Positions 28,830-33,662 of a stretch of 33,662 bases of DNA are shown piece after piece; within the stretch, counting starts at the first letter, position 1, and each line of letters opens with the position of its first letter. Location of the stretch: the IMG/VR virus record IMGVR_UViG_3300044564_000025, one strand, 5' to 3'. The notes beneath the pieces are model-generated. The model searched no databases, was not told the origin of the DNA, and saw only the letters and a list, made by a program, of their open reading frames with translations. The stretch comes from a virus. A program made the position numbers and the translations under genes.

Positions 28830-29906
28830 CTATCCCTCCAGCTGGGCGGTGTAGACGGCCTTGGAGCTCACCGAGGACGCGGAGACCGAGAGCGTGGCGC
28901 CGGAGCCCACGGACGTGGTGCCGCCGTCCTTGTACCACTTGATGGTCCCGAGCTGCGCAATCTGCTGGGAAGAAAGCTCAGCTCCAGCCCTGTACACGTG
29001 GGCTGTCAGCGTCGTGCTGCCGTTGTTGTTCTTGAAGACCGTGCCGTTGTCCGTGGTGATGGCCATCGTGATGGCGTCAGCGCCATTGGCACCCGTATCG
29101 CCCTTGTCGCCTTTCGCTCCGACCTTGCCGCCGACCGAATAGGCAGTCGATGAGCTGCCGTTCGTGTATGCAGTTACGGTCTTCGTCCAAAGGTACTGCG
29201 TCGTCGTCGGGGCCAGCGGGGAATTCGACCACGTGCCCGTAGGAAAGTCGGTCCCGCTGGAAGAGAGCTGGTAGGTGGTCGTAGTCGACTTCACGCCATT
29301 TCCGGTATCGCCGGTAGCGCCCTTGGCTCCAGTCGCTCCATGGGCTGCCACGGTGTACGCAGTAGACGTAGAGTTGTCGGTATAGGTCGTCACGGTGCGC
29401 GTCCACAGGAACTGTCCAGGAGCGCTCGTTGCCACGACGGTGCTCGACCATGTGCCGGTCGGTGCCGTTGTGCCGGATGTGCCGACCTGGTATGTGGTCG
29501 CGGCAGACTTCACGCCCTTGCCGGTAGCGCCAGTGTCGCCCTTCGCACCGGTAGCACCAGTGAGCGCGAGGCCGCAGCTGAAGCGCTTGGTGATGGTCAC
29601 ATCAGTGCCGTTTACCGTGACGGGGATAAGCACGTCGCCAGGCTGCGTCATCGAGCTGGACGCCGTGATGGTGATAGTCTTGCCGTCCGTGCCGACCGAT
29701 GCCGAGATGCCCGTCGGGCACGTGATGCTGCCGATGCTGAAGCCTACCTCATTGGCGCCCTGCATGCAGACAACTGTCGTGGTGCAGTTGCCGGGCTTTG
29801 CTGCGCTGGTTGTGCCGAGGAAGGTATAGGCTTCGCTCGTGAGGATGACGCTATACGCATCAGTTACGTCGACAATCGAGACTTGGTCTGCTGCCTTTAC
29901 TGCCAA
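28830..29906 (-). CDS. Tail fibre with collagen-like G-X-Y triplets and an internal about 70-aa duplication
   Basis: GATGAKGDTGATGKG, GATGAKGATGDTGNG and GAKGDKGDTGANG. The repeated module has the pattern VKS..TTYQ...SGT..PTGTWS...Q.LWT.TVT.YT..S.STAY.V. The TTG start has GGAGG 5 nt upstream. Confidence 0.8.
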   Translation of the reverse strand: MAVKAADQVSIVDVTDAYSVILTSEAYTFLGTTSAAKPGNCTTTVVCMQGANEVGFSIGSITCPTGISASVGTDGKTITITASSSMTQPGDVLIPVTVNGTDVTITKRFSCGLALTGATGAKGDTGATGKGVKSAATTYQVGTSGTTAPTGTWSSTVVATSAPGQFLWTRTVTTYTDNSTSTAYTVAAHGATGAKGATGDTGNGVKSTTTTYQLSSSGTDFPTGTWSNSPLAPTTTQYLWTKTVTAYTNGSSSTAYSVGGKVGAKGDKGDTGANGADAITMAITTDNGTVFKNNNGSTTLTAHVYRAGAELSSQQIAQLGTIKWYKDGGTTSVGSGATLSVSASSVSSKAVYTAQLEG

Positions 29907-29915
29907 TTGGACCTC

Positions 29916-31454
29916 CTAGTCCGTCACTACCTCTGCCTTGAAAGTGCACTTGACCTCGACGTCGTCAGGCGTGATCGTGAGGGCGAAGCCGTCCTGGGAG
30001 AGCATCGGGTCCGAGGCCGACAGGCTCACCCAGTCGGCGTCTCCCTCGCGCAGCACCCACCAGCGGATGCGTGCCGTCTGGTCCCCCAGTGCGTCGCGCA
30101 GGCCCGAGAGCGTCGTGATCTCCGCGCCGCGCTTGTAGCAGCGCACGGTGAGGACGGTGCTCGCCGAAGCGTTGCGGAAGACGGTGCCGCGGCTGCTGTC
30201 GATGCGCAGGGTCACGAGGTCGCGCGTCTCCGCTGCGGCGTCCTCGGCCGACTTCCTCGCGGCGGCCGCGTCCTGGGCGATGGGCGCCACGGCGTCGACG
30301 GCCCTGTCGACGGACTCGTCGAGCTGCCTCGTGATGCCCGACCGCACCGCGCCGAGCGTGTAGGTCGTGTTCTCTGGGTCGTCGCAGTCTATGTCCATGC
30401 CGGACACGAGCATGTAGCGGTCGATGCCGTGCGGCCGCGAGCGCACGCGGACGATCTGCCCTGGCACGATCGGCGAGCCCGAGCCCGTCGCGAGGTGCCG
30501 GTCGATGGCCTTGACCTCGATGGTCGTGGCCACGGATGACGAGGACCCGAGCGCCGACACGGCCGCCTGTGCGAGCCCGTCCTGCGTCTGTGCGTCCGAG
30601 GACACCGAGTCCTCTATGACCCCGTACCTCTCGACCGCCGCCTCGTCGTACACGACGTCGCCGCGCTTGGAGTAGCCGGGGTACGCGGAGAAGAGCCCGT
30701 CCTCGGTCGCGGCGAGCGTCGGCGGCGGGTTGTCCCCGTCGGCCTTGCCCTCGACGCGCACCGCCGTCGCGAGCCCGTCCGTGGAGTCGGTCCTCTGGTA
30801 GTCGGTGATGCTCTCGCCGAAGTCGATGACCTGCGTGGCCACCTCGGAGAAGCCCGCCCTCAGGTCGATGATGCGGCGCCCGCCCTCGTGGCGCACGAAG
30901 ACGTGGCAGCCGAATGGCTTGAGGACCTTCTCCTCGATCTCGGACGCCGTGGTCGGCACCTGCGTGGAAGAGCGCAGGATGTGCCCGTCGGGGTCGATGA
31001 TGCCGCCCTCGTTGACGCCGACCTCGAAGCGCTTCGACTCGCCGCAGCGCTCGTCGTGCTGGGATATGAGCCACCCGAAGTACCCCGCGAGGTCGTCCGG
31101 CGGCGCGACCATGTCGGCGCGCCAGTCCTTGCTCGACCTGTCCGTGCAGTACGGCCTGACGCGCGTGTCGCCGAGGTACGCGAGGTCGCCCTTGCAGGTG
31201 ACCTCGAGCTCGTCCCACATGGTCTGCGTGGCCTCGTAGACGAAGCCCGAGAAGAGCAGGACGTCCCCGTCCAGGACGGTCACGGGCGCGCTGCCGTCGC
31301 GCTCGCGGATCTCGTGCCTGAGCGCGTGGGTCGGCGGCATCGTGAACTTGCAGGTCCCGGACTCGTCAAGCGCGGCCTCTATCTTGAGGTCGTGGAGGAC
31401 GTCGTCCGAGTACGGGTCGTGGAGCGCCCTCGGTCCGTAGAAGGCGCGGTACAC
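29916..31454 (-). CDS. Tail-associated (Tal / prophage-tail endopeptidase-like) baseplate hub protein
   Basis: 512 aa. The position downstream of Dit and the N-terminal region fit siphovirus Tal proteins. GTG start directly after the upstream TAG. Confidence 0.75.
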   Translation of the reverse strand: MYRAFYGPRALHDPYSDDVLHDLKIEAALDESGTCKFTMPPTHALRHEIRERDGSAPVTVLDGDVLLFSGFVYEATQTMWDELEVTCKGDLAYLGDTRVRPYCTDRSSKDWRADMVAPPDDLAGYFGWLISQHDERCGESKRFEVGVNEGGIIDPDGHILRSSTQVPTTASEIEEKVLKPFGCHVFVRHEGGRRIIDLRAGFSEVATQVIDFGESITDYQRTDSTDGLATAVRVEGKADGDNPPPTLAATEDGLFSAYPGYSKRGDVVYDEAAVERYGVIEDSVSSDAQTQDGLAQAAVSALGSSSSVATTIEVKAIDRHLATGSGSPIVPGQIVRVRSRPHGIDRYMLVSGMDIDCDDPENTTYTLGAVRSGITRQLDESVDRAVDAVAPIAQDAAAARKSAEDAAAETRDLVTLRIDSSRGTVFRNASASTVLTVRCYKRGAEITTLSGLRDALGDQTARIRWWVLREGDADWVSLSASDPMLSQDGFALTITPDDVEVKCTFKAEVVTD

Positions 31455-31892
31455 CTACGCCACCGTCCCGCTCACGTGGATGGAGTATCCGATGGCGCGG
31501 GTTGTGCTGTCGAAGCTCATGAAGTAGAGCGAGCACGAGCTCGTCCCGACGGAGTTGAGGCTGGCCCAGCAGGTGTTGGTGCTGTCGTACGGGCTGATGA
31601 TGACCATCGGCGCGACGGAGAAGGTCACGGGGAACTTGATCGTGCTGTTGCCGGAGCGGAATCCGTTGCCCGACTTGATGGTCGTGCCGATCGTCTGGGC
31701 GTCGCGCCTGAGCCACGCCTCGACGCGGTTGTCGCTCCACTTCCTGTAGTACCACCCGTCGGAGTTGGTGCCGTTCTCGGTCACGTAGGCGCGGCCGAGC
31801 TTGTCGATCTTCTCGAAGTTGTTGGTGAACACGTCCGGGTCGACGTAGTCGGCCGCGCTTATGGTGTCCAGTCCCATGATGCTCGTTGCCAT
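31455..31892 (-). CDS. Small RBP-like tail protein inserted between Dit and Tal
   Basis: 145 aa, MATSIMGLDTISAADYVDPDVFTNNFEKIDKLG...GWYYRKWSDNRVEAW... This resembles the fibre-tip / gp53-like C-terminal pattern. Confidence 0.55.
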   Translation of the reverse strand: MATSIMGLDTISAADYVDPDVFTNNFEKIDKLGRAYVTENGTNSDGWYYRKWSDNRVEAWLRRDAQTIGTTIKSGNGFRSGNSTIKFPVTFSVAPMVIISPYDSTNTCWASLNSVGTSSCSLYFMSFDSTTRAIGYSIHVSGTVA

Positions 31893-32765
31893 CTAGAGGT
31901 CCTTCCAGTCGTATGAGAGGATCACCGTCGAGTCGACTACGCCCTCTCGCTTGTCGAGGTCCGCCCACCGGGACTTCGCGAGGCCGTCCCACGTCTCCCC
32001 CGTCAGGTCGCCCCACGACCTCCTGACGAGCGCTCCGCCGGCCCAGCCGACCTCGCCGAGCTCGTCCCAGCGCATGGCCGAGGCCGCGCCCCACGTCGTC
32101 GCGTGCGCGGCACCGCTGGCGAGGTCGCCCCAGAGGCACGTCCTTATCGGGTACGAGTTGATGTAGACCCTGTTCACGCCCTGGCTGAACAGGACGTCGT
32201 TGAGGCGCCACGTGCCGGCGCCGAGGCGCGTCTCCCTGCCCTCGAACACCACGAGCGTGGGGCTCGGGCACTGTATGGTCGGGCGCACCGGCACCCTGCC
32301 GGAGACGACGTCGTAGGCGTGGCCGCCTATCGCGTTGAGCCTCAGCGGCTCGACCCTCTTGACGCGGAACGGGTCGGCCTCGACCTCGAGCTCGAGCCTC
32401 AGCCCGCAGGGTCCGGCCGGCTTGAGCGAGGTCAGCTGGAAGCGTCCCTCGTACCAGTAGCCCGGGTCCCAGGAGCACTCGAACGAGAGCCGTCGGCCGT
32501 GCCACCTGTTCATCAGCGCGTCGGACACCCTCTGGCGCGCCGACGCGTCGCCGTAGTCCGCAGCCATAACGAGGTCGAACTCCCGCTTCGAGTAGGAGAC
32601 GCCACCGGTAAGCGCCTCGGTGAGGTCGAGAGACCCCTCCGGCCGTCCCGGGACGTCGACCTCGTGCGTGATGGGGCTCGGGGGCGTGACCTTCGAGTCA
32701 GAGGTGATGGTGAGGCCGAGGTCCTGCCATGTGCGGATTCCCGCGGCCACTATCTCGTTCGTCAC
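31893..32765 (-). CDS. Distal tail protein (Dit)
   Basis: 290 aa directly after the tape measure (GTGA overlap): ...ITHEVDVPGRPEGSLDLTEALTGGVSYSKREFDLVM... Confidence 0.8.
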   Translation of the reverse strand: MTNEIVAAGIRTWQDLGLTITSDSKVTPPSPITHEVDVPGRPEGSLDLTEALTGGVSYSKREFDLVMAADYGDASARQRVSDALMNRWHGRRLSFECSWDPGYWYEGRFQLTSLKPAGPCGLRLELEVEADPFRVKRVEPLRLNAIGGHAYDVVSGRVPVRPTIQCPSPTLVVFEGRETRLGAGTWRLNDVLFSQGVNRVYINSYPIRTCLWGDLASGAAHATTWGAASAMRWDELGEVGWAGGALVRRSWGDLTGETWDGLAKSRWADLDKREGVVDSTVILSYDWKDL

Positions 32766-33662
32766 GCCAACGACCCCCTGAGCCTCGCCATGCCGCCGAG
32801 CTCGCGGTCCATGTCGCCCGCGATCGCCCCGACGAGCTTCCTCTTGTCGATGTAGACCCTCAGGTTCGCCACGTCCCTGTGGAGCGACCTGAGCTCGGCC
32901 AGGACGTCAGCCTGAGAGTCTCCGTATCCTCCCTCGGGCACGTCCATGGCCGACGAGAGCGCGTTCGCCCAGGGCATGATGTTGCGGTTCGTGTAGGGCA
33001 CGATCGCCTCCGCGCCGGCCTCTCCCAGGACCGCCATGTGCTGCGCGATGCCGCCCTTGGCGTACCAGGAGACGGAGATGTGCGGGACCTCGCCCTTCGC
33101 GAGGTCGAAGTTGCCGCTCAGGCTGAAGTGCGGGAGCTTGATCCTCGGGAGCTCGAGGTGGAGCCCCTTGAAGAAGCCGGAGATCGCGCTGAGCCCAGCC
33201 TTGACGACCTGCTTCGCGCCGTCGATCTTCGAGCCCATGGTCTTCGCGATGCCGCCGAAGATCCCGCCGACGACGCCGGCGACCCCGTTGAAGATGTTGG
33301 TGAACAGGCTCGCGATGCCGTGCAGGATGCCGCCGAGCGTGCCGGAGAGGGCGTTGAATATGCCGAGGATGACGTTCGAGAAGCCCTGCATGATGCTGCT
33401 GGCCCCGTTCGCCGCCATCGACCAGTCCCCGGTGAAGAGCCCGACGAACACGCCGATGATCGTCTCGATCGTTCCGACGACCCCCTGGACCACGCCGCCT
33501 ATGACCTGCATGGCGCCGGAGATGATCGAGCCCGCGACCGTGAAGGCCGTCGCGAAGACTGTCGAGGCGATGCTCGCGACCGTCTGGAGCGCCGGCCCGA
33601 GCACGGACGCGAGGACGTTGGCGATCAGGGTGAGCGCCGGCTGCACGAACGTCGCCAGCGTC
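32762..33662 (-). CDS. Tail tape-measure protein, C-terminal part (joins 1..1668; whole gene 2442 nt, 813 aa)
   Basis: Track ORF 32762..33646 stays open to the window end. Codon phase at 33535 matches the phase at base 1 of the 1..1668 frame. The stop TGA overlaps the GTG start of the Dit gene (GTGA). Confidence 0.9.
   Translation of the reverse strand, partial: TLATFVQPALTLIANVLASVLGPALQTVASIASTVFATAFTVAGSIISGAMQVIGGVVQGVVGTIETIIGVFVGLFTGDWSMAANGASSIMQGFSNVILGIFNALSGTLGGILHGIASLFTNIFNGVAGVVGGIFGGIAKTMGSKIDGAKQVVKAGLSAISGFFKGLHLELPRIKLPHFSLSGNFDLAKGEVPHISVSWYAKGGIAQHMAVLGEAGAEAIVPYTNRNIMPWANALSSAMDVPEGGYGDSQADVLAELRSLHRDVANLRVYIDKRKLVGAIAGDMDRELGGMARLRGSLA
33536..33662. repeat. Terminal overlap, copy 2 (identical to 1-127)
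   Basis: Same comparison as for 1-127. It lies inside the tape-measure reading frame. Confidence 0.95.

Larger units (their letters stand above)
1..33662. mobile_element. Complete temperate siphovirus-type phage genome (closed-circle contig, unique length 33535 bp)
   Basis: Lysogeny (CI-like, Cro-like, integrase), replication, packaging (HNH, TerS, TerL, portal), HK97-type head, non-contractile tail (major tail, G/GT, tape measure, Dit, Tal, fibres) and lysis modules are all present. The window ends overlap by 127 identical bases, so the gene order closes on itself. Confidence 0.85.

Noticed and set aside
25444-31892. Shufflon, DGR or invertible segment in the fibre/RBP region, given the extra recombinase
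   Set aside because: No reverse transcriptase was found and no template/variable repeat pair. There are no oppositely oriented gene fragments or long inverted repeats, all ORFs are co-directional, and the internal repeats are direct and in frame.

Overview
High-G+C window holding one complete temperate siphovirus-type phage genome, either excised or a plasmid-like prophage, assembled as a closed circle. Bases 1-127 are identical to 33536-33662, and the junction falls in frame inside the tape-measure gene, so the unique length is 33535 bp. Almost all genes are on the minus strand. Many are translationally coupled through ATGA, TGATG or GTGA overlaps, and several use GTG or TTG starts behind GGAGG or GGGGG Shine-Dalgarno (SD) elements. 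Reading from high to low coordinates, the order starts with a Cro-like gene and the early/replication genes: an Xis-like HTH protein, two micro membrane ORFs, a second full-length tyrosine recombinase, a replisome organiser with internal iteron-like repeats, a DnaC-like loader and many small ORFs, several Cys-rich. A putative late regulator and a hicAB cassette with its own promoter follow. Next come HNH, TerS, TerL, portal and a MuF-type head protein. The MuF C-terminal about 155 aa and the two small genes after it lie in visibly A+T-richer DNA, which looks like a polymorphic toxin/immunity cassette. The head and tail genes follow: scaffold, HK97-fold capsid, connectors, major tail, G/GT chaperone, tape measure (wrapping the window ends), Dit, a small RBP-like gene, Tal, a collagen-like fibre, further fibre/RBP genes, holin, a zinc-ribbon ORF and endolysin. 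Only the CI-like repressor and the integrase are on the plus strand, followed by an attP-like non-coding stretch. The CI-like repressor's S24 catalytic Ser and Lys positions read Cys and Arg. No rRNA, tRNA or CRISPR array was seen. All family assignments come from reading motifs and gene order by eye; no database search was run. The many long antisense and alternate-frame ORFs in the track are treated as high-GC artefacts.
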